Part shown: in pieces, positions 25,040 through 37,133 of the stretch
Layout of the letters: the number at the start of each line of letters is the position of its first letter
Numbering within the stretch: the first letter of the stretch is position 1
DNA from: Podarcis muralis
Lineage: Eukaryota
Assembly: GCF_964188315.1 (NCBI RefSeq)
Contig: NC_135668.1
Coordinates: 17,794,001-17,858,000 of the forward strand
Direction: 5' to 3'
Length of the DNA stretch: 64,000 nucleotides
The notes under the pieces: model-generated
Seen by the model: only the letters and a program-made list of their open reading frames with translations
The model's database searches: none
Told to the model about the DNA's origin: nothing
Translations under genes and position numbers: made by a program

Positions 25040-25980
25040 AACGGAGCCATAGCAGGTTTTGTACGAAGGAACTTGGGTTACTGCAACACGTTATGCGTGG
25101 GGCTGCCTCTGAAGGTGGGTCAGAAACTACAGCTGGTACAGAATTCAGCGGCCAGATTGCTCACTGGGGCAAGATGGTTTGAGCATATAGCACCAATCCT
25201 GGCCCAACTGCGCTGACTACCATTTAGTTTCTGGGCCCAATTCAAAGTGCTGGTTTTGACCTGTTGACGTTTAGTCGTGTCCTACTCTTCGTGACCCCAT
25301 GGACCAGAGCACACCAGGCACTCCTGTCTTCCACTGCCTCCCGCAGCTTGGTCATGGTCATGCTGGTAGCTTCAAGAACACTGTCCAACCATCTCATCCT
25401 CTGTCGTCCCCTTCTCCTTGTGCCCTCCATCTTTCCCAACATCAGGGTCTTTTCCAGGGAGTCTTCTCTTCTCATGAGGTGGCCAAAGTATTGGAGCCTC
25501 AGCTTCACGATCTGTCCTTCCAGTGAGCACTCAGGGCTGATTTCCTTAAGAATGGAGAGGTTTGATCTTCTTGCAGTCCATGGGACTCTCAAGAGTCGTA
25601 TAAAGCCATAAATGGCTCAGGACAGCAATACATCAAGAACTGTCTCTTCCCGTATGAACTGACCCGGACCCTGCAACCATAACCTGAGGCTCCTCTTAGT
25701 GCTCCACAAGAAGCCAGGAGGGCAGAAAAATGAGAACTGGCCTTTTCTGCAGTGACTCCCCATTTGTGGAGTGCTCTCCCCAGCGAGGCATACCTGGTGC
25801 CTTCATTAGACACCTCTAGGCACCAGGCAAAAATGTTCCCTTTGAACCATGTCTGCGGCTGATTATCATTCTATGTCCTTTTAAATGTATTTGTGTGGGG
25901 AGGTGGGGTGGGTTATGGGTTTTGTTTTGTTACGTATTTTGTGTTCTCATTTTGAGTTTTTATGTTGTGAACTGCCACAG
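25040..25980 (+). mobile_element. L2-clade LINE 3' relic (interrupted by Bov-B)
   Basis: Translation LGYCNTLCVGLPLKVGQKLQLVQNSAARLLTG fits the L2 ORF2 C-terminal motif RLDYCN..L.GLP...LQLVQNAAARL. Ends are approximate. Confidence 0.8.
25262..25598 (-). mobile_element. Bov-B LINE 3' fragment inserted in an L2 relic
   Basis: Near-identical to the 41384 copy in reverse. It splits the L2 sequence ttgacct|ataaagcc. Confidence 0.95.
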
Positions 25981-27248
25981 GGCTGGCCCGTGACATTTTT
26001 GCAGCCCCAGGCAAAGGATTAAAATGTGGATTAAAAGAAATTAAATGCAGCTTTCCGAAGAAGTAGCATCCTGACAGCTAGCTTTCAACCATAGTAGCAA
26101 AACCTAGCTACCTAATTTTGCATCCCAGGCGTCCAATTAATATATCCATTTTAGCTACTTAAAGATTTTATATATTTTTTTTTATTATATAAGTTAGTTC
26201 CAGAGTCCTGTTTCAACCATAGCAAGCTTTATGCAAGCTTTATTGTTAGGACTGAAATTTAAGCTTTATTAGGATTAAGCGTTTAATAGTATAATTTGCT
26301 GCATATGTTGCCTATACAAAGTGCTATGAATAGATCCTCTGTATATAAAACGTATTTGATATTTTATACCAACTTAAACCCAATATGTTATCTTTAACCA
26401 AAGGAAATTATAAAAGAGCTTTTTTGAGGGTTCTTTCTCTCCCCCTCCCCTTCTGTCAAGCTAATATCTCAAAACTCGCCTCCTGCCCCCCCCCCCCCGA
26501 ACTGGGTTCTGAGATTGGGCTATTGAATTTAGAACTACCACCACAGGGTTTTGTTTTTTTTAAAAGAACTATTCCTTCAAAATCAGTACAAATAATAGTA
26601 TGTGGTTGCCTATGCTTTATAATTATGACAGCAAAATGTTGGCAAGGCAGGTACATGAATATTTATTTTAATGGGGCACATTATTTAATGTCCGTAGACC
26701 GTAACTGCATTGAAGATTTATGTGTGTGCAGTGCTCTTTCAAGTGCTAATAGGATTTTTTGCATGTAAAGTTCAGGAATGGTAGCAAAGGGAAAATACTC
26801 TCTGTACCTTACTTAATTCAGGAAAAGGAGAATGATACTCTTTATTATTATTAAGTGGTGTTTTGCTCGAGGCCGAATTTGCAAAACAACCTTGTATTAG
26901 CCCCTCCATCTCCCACAACTATATAAAAGTAGTTTCACTAATCCATCTAATAAATGCTCTATCTGCACTGCACACTTAAGGCAATATCATACTTGGCTTC
27001 CCCCAAGGAATTCTGGGAGCTGTACTTCGTTAAGAGTGCTGAGAATTGTTAGGAGACCTCTAATCCCCTCGCAGAGCTACAGTTTGTGGAGTTCCCTGGG
27101 AAGTGAGTGTTAAATCAGTTTGGGAATTGTAGTACAATGTACAATGTACTCAAGAGACTCGATATCACTGCTGCTTGATGGAGTTTTATTTATTAGCTTA
27201 AGAGCATTTGTAAACTGCTTAATATTTTAAAAAATGTCTAAGGGGTTA

Positions 27249-27590
27249 AAAGGTAAAGGTCCAATCATGGACCATTAGGTTCAATCTTGGCCGACTCTGG
27301 GGTTCTGGCTTATCTCGCTTTACTGGCCGAGGGAGCTGGCGTATAGCTTCCAGGTCATGTGGCCAGCATGACTAAGCCGCTTCTGGCAAACCAGAGCAGC
27401 GCACGGAAATGCCGTTTACCTTCCTGCTGGAGCGGTACCTATTTATCTACTTGCACTTTGATGTGCTTTCGAACTGCTAGGTTGGGAGCTGGGACTGAGC
27501 AACGGGAGCTCACCCCATCGCGGGGATTCGAACCGCCGACCTTCCAATCGGCAAGCCCTAGGCCCAGTGGTTTAGACCACAGCGCCACAG
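27249..27590 (-). mobile_element. Sauria SINE
   Basis: Consensus match over ~340 bp. Confidence 0.9.
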
Positions 27591-28629
27591 GCCCAAACCA
27601 ACCAAACAAAATCTATTATTAAAACACTGAAACGAAACAAAAACACCACCTAAAATCAATAAATAGCACTATAAAAAAACCCCACAGAAAAGTACATAAA
27701 TGCAAACGAAATTGAAAAACCGAGGATTCAAGCATATAAAACTGTGTTGTTTTTAACCTGCTGTTTTCGGTTCACTATTTAACTGCTGTTTTTTCACCTG
27801 TTTTTTATTTTCATTCAGAAATAAATCCAATCAACAACTCTGGCTGGCCATTTGAAACAAAGGGACTGCTTCCTCTCTGAAGGAATGTTTTTAGAGTTGT
27901 CAGTGTTTGGCACTGCTCGGATCTCAGGTCACCTCAGAGGAGGAGCAAGGGGTGCTTGGATCCCTGGCAGATTTCCACACTGCCAGTGACCCTGAAAGAC
28001 CAACTGATTCCACCAGATATCCTTGTTTATGGACTGCATAAGTGAAAATAACATATATGCAATCTAACAAATAACAAAATGCAAATTGGTGTGTATTTGT
28101 CAAAGCTGCATGCCAAAATGTTTTTATTAGGAGGAATTCACACTTAAATGCTAACAAATTTTCATGAAATTAAAAAAAGGGAATTGCTGTGGAAATGTGG
28201 AGAACTGCATTTAAGATTGAACAGATAGGAAGATGGGAGTACCAAAATTGACAGGTTCATCTATCCCTACTTGGGAGGAGAGGGAAGCACGTGCAAGCAT
28301 TGCTTGGATCAGTGCCTGGCTGGGAGCTAGGAAGGGTTAGGGCTTCCAGCCCCTAGAAAAATTCCGAATCTGAGCTGTTCCATCACTGAAGCAGCAGCTC
28401 ACACATAAAATCCAGCCTTCTTGATTTGAGGAAACAGTGGCTCTCTGATAACATGTAATCTGCTTTCGGCTTCTCAAAAGCTGTCACTGCCTCTCTACTT
28501 TAGAAAGCTTTACGAAGTGATGATAACTGTCTGAGCAAATGTTCACACTAGGCCGTGGCACCTTGGCCAAGAGCAAAAAGGCAGGGCTGCGTTGATGAGG
28601 ACAACGTTTTGCTGACTTCTTAAAGACAT

Positions 28630-29379
28630 TGAGTGGCCAACCCGTTTGCATGTCGAGGTCCCCAGGGCCACCTCAATAACTCACACATCGCACAGAATTT
28701 TTGATTAAGATTTTTGGCATAATTTTGGCCACAACTTTATTAAAATACAAATTTGTGAGTGGTTGCTTAGGCATTGGTTGCGACTATCTGCCCCCCACCA
28801 TGGGGGACAGACTGACATTCCGCACGATGCGAAAGTCAGAAAAGGGGAATACACTTGGGGGTAGCGACGGAGCAGGGAACCTGCCCTCAGACCTCCCCAA
28901 ATGCAACCAGGAGCTCATTGCTATGGCCCGAGCCCCCTTGACAGAGTGGACAAGCAATAGTTAGCCCCCGATTCCTTTAATGGAATCTCTTGCAGCAGCA
29001 TTAGAGGGGCAGGCACAGCCAATCCATGCCCCTCAACCAACCAAACCATAAACCAATGCCTAACCGCGAACCTTACAAGTTATGACGATTTGCTACGCAG
29101 TAGGCAAAAATCAAATGGCCCCAGCCAATCAGCCAGATGGACAAAATTCCTATCAGGCCCCTGCCCCAAAGCAGACGACCCCATGACAGGCATAGCAAGG
29201 TCAAAGCGAACAGCCCTAATTCTAGGGAGGGGGGGAATGGGCAATCTGATGCACGGGTGAAAAGAGGAAGCCCTAGCCTCGTGCAAGAAGTTTTAGCATT
29301 TCTGGCTGTCAATCAACAAATGGCAACATTAACCTCTTCCCAACAATAAGGGAAGCCCCAATCGTATCAGTGGCCAACA
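28630..29379 (-). mobile_element. Unclassified LTR-like or DIRS-like fragment
   Basis: CpG-retaining ~750-bp block with minus-strand AATAAAGTTGTGGCC, bounded by direct AGTGGCCAAC repeats. Confidence 0.45.
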
Positions 29380-30537
29380 ATCAATTAGCCCTCCCCCAAC
29401 TTTGGAGTGTCCTGGCGGCCCCAACCGCAACACGTGCTCTCCGTGAAGGAGAACACGCTTTCCAAGAGAATGTTGGCTTTTTGTTGTTTAATAAGTCTCT
29501 CACTGGTTTGTGGTGGTGGTGTTCCTGCAGAAGCAAAGGGAGATGAAAAGGAAATGTTCTTTGCAAGCATGTAGCATGCAACCTGTGATAAACGAATGCT
29601 GCGGGGCAGAGCAAAATGGCAGCCTGCATTGAGTCACCCATTGTTTCCCTAGAGTATGCAGGGATGGAAATGTGTGACGTGACATCATCACATTGTGCAT
29701 TTCCTATCCACTGCTCTACATCATTGGCTGGTGAATGAGCACACTTGAGTGTAATGATATGGTAACATCAGACTTTCCATGCCCAATTGCGCCCAAAGGG
29801 TTTTATTTCGCTGTAACATCAAGTGTTTGTTACCCGATCTTCAAATGCCTAATGATGGTGCAGTTTGTCGTCGCTTTTCAAGTGCAAAGTCACCTCCACC
29901 TTAAGTGCTGCTTATTCCCTTTGCATTGTGCTTTTATTATGGAATAGGAATCCTCTTAAAAAATCTGGATCCTCGTCTGGTTCTAGCAGGTGTTTGGCAG
30001 CCAGGGCTGCGGAGCCTGTGTGCGCAGCTTATGGATGAGAATTTCAGACCCTGAGGCCAATTTTAAACCCACGTATATGAAAAGCATGTTACGATGTCGG
30101 TTCAAATTAGATCACTGTTGAGGTAGGCTGGGGGGCAGGGGGGAGAGTGGGGAAGAAAGGCTCTGAATGAAATTGAATACAAATAATCGCAGTAACACAA
30201 CATTCAATAATTTAAATTAAAAGGAAATTCTGAGTCATCGTTCCCTTTCTACCAGACTTTCACTGTAAATAAAGGCTAGAGAGATAATAATCTCTTTTAG
30301 GAAATTTGAGATCTGCCAATGCATAGCACTATGTAAGAGTGATGTAGTCTTGTTAACCAAACTACAGGTTTGGAAAAACTGTTGAATTATCTCTCCTTGG
30401 GGAGAAGGTGTATGCATTTTTATTAAGTCAATGGTTCCTTTAAATGAACTGGCTGGGTCCTGTACAACAGTAACTGAGCATGGCTTTACAAAAGTATTTG
30501 TGTGAGTATGTGAGAGCATGCAGATGTGGAGGGTAAA

Positions 30538-30884
30538 GGTAAAGGGACCCCTGACCGTTAGGTCCAGTCGTGGCCGACTCTGAGGTTGCGGCGCTCATTT
30601 CGCTTTATTGGCCGAGGGAGCTGGCGTACAGCTTCCGGGTCATGTGGCCAGCATGACTAAGCCGCTTCTGGCGAACCAGAGCAGCGCACGGAAACGCTGT
30701 TTACCTTCCCGCCGGAGTGGTACCTATTTATCTACTTGCACTTTGACGTGCTTTTGAACTCCTAGGTTGGCAGGAGCAGGGACCGAGCAACGGGAGCTCA
30801 CCCCATCGCGGGGATTCGAACCACCGACCTTCTGATCGGCAAGCCCCAGGCTCTGTGGTTTAACCCATAGCGCCCCACGTCCCT
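30538..30884 (-). mobile_element. Sauria SINE, full length
   Basis: 15-bp TSD GATGTGGAGGGTAAA at 30523 and 30885. Confidence 0.95.
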
Positions 30885-31606
30885 GATGTGGAGGGTAAAT
30901 GCCCCCCATTGGTGTACCCCCTTTTTGTGTATAGGGTTTCCCTCAAAAAATCATTACGACAGGCAGTGCTACCAGTCGGGCTGAACCTCCTAACACACTC
31001 TAGGCTGCATGAAACATTTCTGAGCTCTATTGCCAGGGACACCTCCCTTTAGCTAAGCTCTAGTGCAAAATAAACAAGAGAGAACAGCTTTGGACTTACT
31101 CCCCCGAAGCCCACAGGACACAGAACTTAACAAAGCAGTGTGAACTGTCTTTGGAAAACATGGAGATGGCTTAACACCCAGCAGCGCAACACGAGGGAAA
31201 GGTTTTTGAGAGAAAATCATTTTTATACCAATGAAGCCAAATGTTCAAGTGTATAGAGAATTTTATTAGGCGAAAAGAAAGAAAAAGGGAAAGGCAACAA
31301 AACCTCTCTCTCACACTCCCTCCCCACAAAAGCCTTGCAACTAAAATAAATAGTCAATCTAACATGGTAATTGCTTGCTTAGTATTGGGTTTCAGAGCAT
31401 GCACAAAGTTAATTTCAGAGAGGATTATCTGAGAAAGGGAGCTTCTTTGGACTCCTGATAAGATGTTTTTGGGGTATAGTTTTGGTAATCTGAGGCCAGT
31501 AAAAGCTAGTTCCTTTTTGGAGACTCGTGGTATTTTGCCACAGTCAGGAGATAGCGCTCCATGTCTGATGTAGTAGTTTCTGTGGTCAGTTGGAGATTTA
31601 CTTGTA

Positions 31607-31835
31607 CTGTGGTACCTCGGGTTACATACGCTTCAGGTTACATACGCTTCAGGTTACAGACTCCGCTAACCCATAAATATTACCTCGGGTTAAGAACTTT
31701 GCTTCAGGATGAGAACAGAAATCGTGCTCCGGCGGCGCGGCGGCATTAGCTAAAGTGGTGCTTCAGGTTAAGAACAGTTTCAGGTTAAGAACAGACCTCT
31801 GGAACGAATTAAGTACTTAACCCGAGGTACCACTG
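31607..31835 (+). mobile_element. Family A MITE
   Basis: TIRs and TA TSD. Confidence 0.9.
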
Positions 31836-33188
31836 TAGGCTGTTTCTACCTTCTTAATGACTCTGAACTTACGTGTTAAAAGGACTTACCAGTTTTGACT
31901 AGCTGAGGTATTGTAAAAAAGAAAAAGAAAAAAAAAGAGTAACCTCAGAATGGTTGTGAGAGGAATGTAATTCAGCAAATACCTTTCAGAAGCATTCATT
32001 CAGTTTTAGGGTATAGATTCTTAAGGATATATTCTTTTGGATTACTCCACCTCCCCTCCCCAACGAGACTCTGAGACTTTAAGAAACCATCTCAGAGTTG
32101 GACTGATAGAGTGACTTCTGCAATAGTGTGCTGATTCTGAGGGGTCTTGGTTTATAAGCAGCAATTTGCCAATTATTAGGTTACTGTGTAAATAATATAA
32201 AGGTGGGTTTCTGTTTGTAGAAGGGCTGAACATATGGTGCTGGGAAGACTTCAGTTACCTATGTCTGTGTCTCACTGAGATTTGGGGGGAAAGCGTGCAC
32301 TAATGAAATGGCACTTTCTCTCTCATTTCCAGATGTTGCAGGAACCATTTCCTCCTTTGTGCTGTAACGTTGACCAAATATTTCTTAGAGGCGTAATCTA
32401 CTTAGACAAAAAAAATATTGCGGCTTACAGCAACTTCACAGTGCAAGTGTGCCCAAAATAAACAGTGGTCACAAGTAAACAAAAGACAGTGAGAGTGGAC
32501 TAGAGTAGTTTGGGTTAGCAAACTAGAAGTGATATACTTATTTCCCCCTCATACCATTTTTCAAATGAAAAGTAACCTTGCAGGCTGTGATGGATAGTGG
32601 GGAGAGTTGCTGACCGGCGGGTGGTGAATAACTGGTTATGCCTTTCCCTTTCGGCCATTCCCCCCCCTCCTTCAAAATCACCTCACCTAAAAAAAGGATA
32701 CTGTAGAGTTGGAAAGGTTCAGAAAAGAACAACCAATCAAGGGGATGGAGAAATTGCCTGGTGACGAAAGGTTACAGCAGAATGGTCCAACCTGAACCAA
32801 AGGGCCACATGTGGCCCCTGAAGCCTTTTTGGGAGGCCCTCTGCAGCATTTGACACTCCCGCAGCCCTCGCGCTGCCCTCCCAAAGCTGGGAAAGTGAGG
32901 CGGTGGGCTTTGGGAAGGAGACGCGAGGGCTCTGACAGGATCCTAGAGTCTTTCCATCTCCTTCCCAAAGCATAGTCAATGCTTTTCCAGCTGTGGGAAG
33001 GTGTTTGGAGGGCTCCAGGACCCTGCCAGAGCCTTGTGACTCCTTCCCAAAGCCCACCGCCTTGCTTAGCTGAATTTGGGAAGGCAGTGTGAGGGCTGTG
33101 GGGGAGGCATCAAATGTTGGTCTCACTCCCTTGCCCCCTGTGCAACAAGGCAGAGTACGGCTTGGGTTCCATGTTGAAGTACTCTTGC

Positions 33189-33353
33189 CATAGCTGTCAA
33201 CCTTCCCATTTTTTGTGGAAAATTCCCTTATTCCAGCACTGTTTCCCGCTGCTTCCCGCTGCTATCCCAGATTGTTAGATATCCCGTACACTGTCCCCGG
33301 GACAGGTGAGGCTGCTGATCCCTTATTTTCAAATCTGGAAGTCGACAGCTATG
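33189..33353. mobile_element. hAT MITE (CATAGCTGTC TIR family)
   Basis: Exact 8-bp TSD ACTCTTGC. Confidence 0.9.
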
Positions 33354-33486
33354 ACTCTTGCGGCCCACTTTGTATGAAAGGTTGTGGACCGCCTGGGTTA
33401 CAGTACCGTCCTTTTATTGCACATTCACAGTGATTTGTGCTCATGATGCTATTGGGACAGTCACATTTGATCCCACTTCAGTACTA

Positions 33487-33941
33487 CCGTACTTTTCCGT
33501 GTATAACACGCCCCCATGTATAAGACGCCCCCTATTTTTCGGAACTAAAAATTGAGAAAATGGGGGGAAATTGCCTGCGGTTGTTGAGCTTTTTTGCGGA
33601 GGATTCACCAGAGTTGTTCAGCCTTTTTTTTGGGGGGGGGGGGATTGCCGAAAATCACTCACCCACCTGGCGAACACTAAAACTCGTGCACATCGCAACA
33701 GCCTCCTAATGTCTATCCCCTCGCCGGCAGAAGCAGCCGATTGCCCGCCCAGTTGCCGCTACAACACCCAAACAACACCACCCATGGCCGAAAACACCAA
33801 TAACACGCTGTAGACCATCTCTGGCTTGTGGCATCAACCAATCCCATGTCACCCCTTGGCACTACCCATGTATAACACGACCCACGATTTTAAACATATT
33901 TTTTCAGCAAAAAAACCTAGTTTGTACACAGAAAAGTATGG
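33487..33941. mobile_element. TcMar-Tc2-like MITE
   Basis: TA|CCGTACTTTTCCGTGTATAA...TACACAGAAAAGTATGG|TA. Relatives lie at 48091-48632, 56225-56391 and 58866-59199. Confidence 0.85.
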
Positions 33942-34106
33942 TATTTACACCTGCGAAAGGTTGGGGTGGTCGCACTGTTACATTTCCAATCAGTGCACAT
34001 CCTGTGACTTCCTGCTGAGATCCTGTAACTTTTCATACCAAAAATATTGCGGTTTGGTTTTTGTCCCTGACTGTGCGTGTACAGCCCCTCTGGACAGCAC
34101 TAATGT

Positions 34107-34329
34107 AGAAGAAGAAGAAGAGTTTGGATTTGATATCCCGCTTTATCACTACCCGAAGGAGTCTCAAAGCGGCTAACAATCTCCTTTCCCTTCCTCCCCC
34201 ACAACAAACACTCTGTGAGGTGAGTGGGGCTGAGAGACTTCAGAGAAGTGTGACTAGCCCAAAGTCACCCAGCAGCTGCATGTGGAGGAGCGGGGAAGTG
34301 AACCTGGTTCACCAGATTACGAGTCTACC
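34107..34329 (-). mobile_element. Same tRNA-head SINE family, 5'-truncated
   Basis: Reverse complement of the 59529 element, with a (GAA)n run on the + strand. Confidence 0.85.
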
Positions 34330-35590
34330 GAACAAACTCAAGCAGGATTTGGGAAGTGGGGAGAGCAGGGGCCCTACTTCTATACTATAGCATGCACTAG
34401 AGTTGTATTGTCTCCTCCTGTCAACTAGGCGTGTGCCACACAGTTGCCCAAGGCAGAATACACAACTCTTCTCCTTTGATTCCCTCAACAACCCTGTGAG
34501 GTAGATTCCGCTGACTGGCCCAAGGTCTCCCATTGAGCTTCATAGCCGAGTGGGGATTTGAACCCAAGTCTCCCAGGTCCTAATCTGACACCACGCTGAC
34601 AGCTGTACCACATTGGACATCCTACCCAAGGAAGGATAACTGGAACAAACCACCTGCCTGTTTTGAGACCCTTTCTTCGTAGATCAAGGTGGAATTACGG
34701 TGTGTCAGGGGAGCAAATGTGTGTCTGAAGAAGCTGGGAGTCTGTGACCCTAAGAGATGTTGTTATTGATTTTTCTCCTGGAAGAGGAATATCAGGCATC
34801 TGAGCTCAGATGACTGAGGAATAAGCGTTCAATTTGAATCACATTAATAAAGAGGATTTGACCCTGCCTAACACAATGTTTAGAAACAGCACGTGTGGAG
34901 GTCAGGGAGGAATTGGAGGGGGAATACACAAGTCATATTTCTTTTGGAAATGTGAATTGTAGATGGGGTTAAGGTAGATTTCAAAAACCAAACAGTATTT
35001 TGGCTAAGCACTGTTCCCTAGCATTTAACACAGATTTTTAAATCTTTTAGTCAGGCTGTATCTGGAGAGCACAATCAGTTGCTGATAAATATCCAAGAAG
35101 CTTAATCATTGGGATAATTTTCTTTTAAAGCAGAGGGGGGGGGGGGGGAGTCGTAAGAGTTCAGATTTATTTGATCTGCAGTCTGCAGCGTAGCATCTTG
35201 CCAAAGCAAATGTGTTTATATTTAATAAGGAGAATTTGTGGGGTGGTGGTGGGGAGAACTGGTTTTTATAAGAGCCTGGGACAATGACAGCTTCATATTT
35301 TTTTGGAAACCAAGTAATCTGGACTCTCTTCCTTTCTTTTATGTTGCTGGCTTAAGTCAATTCCTTTAAAAAAAACAACAAAGAAAGAGAGCATTACCTC
35401 CTTAAGAGGCAATTAGTAAGTGAATGTATATGAATTAGGGACCTGTTTACTCAAGCTGTTGTGCCAGAGAGAGATATATGGGACTTTAAAATAATAATAA
35501 GTATAATAAAACTTATTTCCTGCTCTTTTAATAAAAGTATACAGGGAGGTGTGCAGCATAATCACAGAGCTTGTATAATACAATCAATTA

Positions 35591-35854
35591 AAAGTACATT
35601 TCCCCCTACAAACAATAGCAAATATCATGTAATATGACCAACAGTTAACGAGTTTGAGTTCATAAGTTTATTGTACTAGCCATAGGCCATGGCAAATTTT
35701 TATTAGGCAATGATGTTAATAAAATAAAGTACATTTCCTCCTAAAAGCACTAGCAAATATTATATAATACAACCAACAGTTAAAAACTTCATAAGTTTAT
35801 TGTTCTAGCCAAAGGCCATGACAAACTTGTATTAGGCAACAATATTAATAAAAT
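35591..35854. repeat. Diverged two-copy tandem duplication, period ~135 bp
   Basis: Units start AAAGTACATTTCC at 35591 and 35726 and both end TTAATAAAAT. Confidence 0.9.
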
Positions 35855-36363
35855 AGTATAGGACGTACATCCATAATATAAAAAATACTTTTCCAAATTC
35901 CCGAGTGTTTTTCTACTGTGCATCTCTGACAGCTCCAATTCTAATATTTTGTTTTTCTAAATTCCAGTTTGCCAGCATCAAACTCAAATTCAGCTTGATT
36001 TCAGATTAAACCTCTGAATTACCATAGCAATTTAAGTGATTTTATCTAACTCCCTTTTCCTGATCCCCTGTGCATAGAGTACCATTTGGTGTGTTACGAA
36101 GCTTTTATTGTCACTTAAAAGAAAGAGAACCATTTCTCCCGGGGTGTTTTCCAAGCTATAAGTGGTGCTCATCTACGCACCATTTATACCTAGGACTGTC
36201 TTCACTAAAAATCATAATATTGGTCTTAGAGTGATTTATAGATAGGCTTCCCTGTTTACAGTTTATGCTGAACACTTCCAAGAGATTTTTGAGGCTCAAT
36301 CAGGAAAGAAAGAGGAGCACTAAGTCATCTGCATACATCAATTTTGAGATCTTTTCCTAATTA

Positions 36364-36623
36364 CAGTGGTACCTAGGTACTCAAACGGCTTGGCTCCTGA
36401 ACAAATTGGCTCCCGAATGCCGCAAATCCGAAAGTAAGTGTTCCGGTTTGCGAATGTTTTTTGGAAGCCGAACATCCGACACAGCTTCTGCGGCCTCCAC
36501 GGCTTCCAATTGGGTGCAGGAAGCTCCTGCAGCCAATCGGAAGCCGCGCCTTGGTTTTTGAATGGTTTTGGGAGTTGAACGGACTCCCAGAACAGATTAA
36601 GTTTGAGAACCAAGGTACCACTG
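36364..36623 (+). mobile_element. Related mariner-pogo MITE, different interior
   Basis: TA|CAGTGGTACCT...AACCAAGGTACCACTG|TA. Confidence 0.88.
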
Positions 36624-36672
36624 TACTTGAGAGGGGGAGTCTGCAGTGGCTAAATACAGCTCCAAAACATTG

Positions 36673-37133
36673 CAGTGGTAACTCGGGTTACAAACTCTGC
36701 TAACCTGGAAGTAGTACCTCAGGTTGTGAACTTTGCCCCAGGATGAGAACAGAAATTGCGCGGTGGTGGTGGTGGGGCAGCGGCGGGAGGCCCCATTAGC
36801 GAAAGCGTGCCTCAGGTTAAGAACGGTTTTGGGTTAAGAACGGACCTCTAGAACAAATTAAGTTCGTAACCCGAGGTACCACTGTACAGTGGACGCTCGG
36901 GTTGCGAACGTGGTCCGTGCGGGAAGGATGTTTGCAACCCACAGCGCCATGTGTGCGCATGCACAGGTTGTGATTCAGTGTTTCTGCGCATGCGCAAATA
37001 GCAATTTAGCACTTCTGCACATGCGCGACCGCTGAAACCTGGAAGTAACCTGTTCTGGTACTTCCGGGTTTCGGCGCATCTGTAACCCAAAAAAAAACGC
37101 AACCTGAAGCATCTGTAACCCAAGGTATGACTG
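36673..37133 (+). mobile_element. Two abutting MITEs (A-variant 36673-36884, family B 36887-37133) sharing one TA
   Basis: Junction CACTG|TA|CAGTG. The right end is CAAGGTATGACTG|TA. Confidence 0.88.

Noticed and set aside
25242-25611. 116-aa ORF, with a twin at 41405-41734, as a host gene
   Set aside because: It is the Bov-B reverse-transcriptase ORF C-terminus.
32310-32345. Strong isolated acceptors at 32332, 42857 and 43487
   Set aside because: I found no convincing paired donor, no regenerated GT, and no coding similarity.
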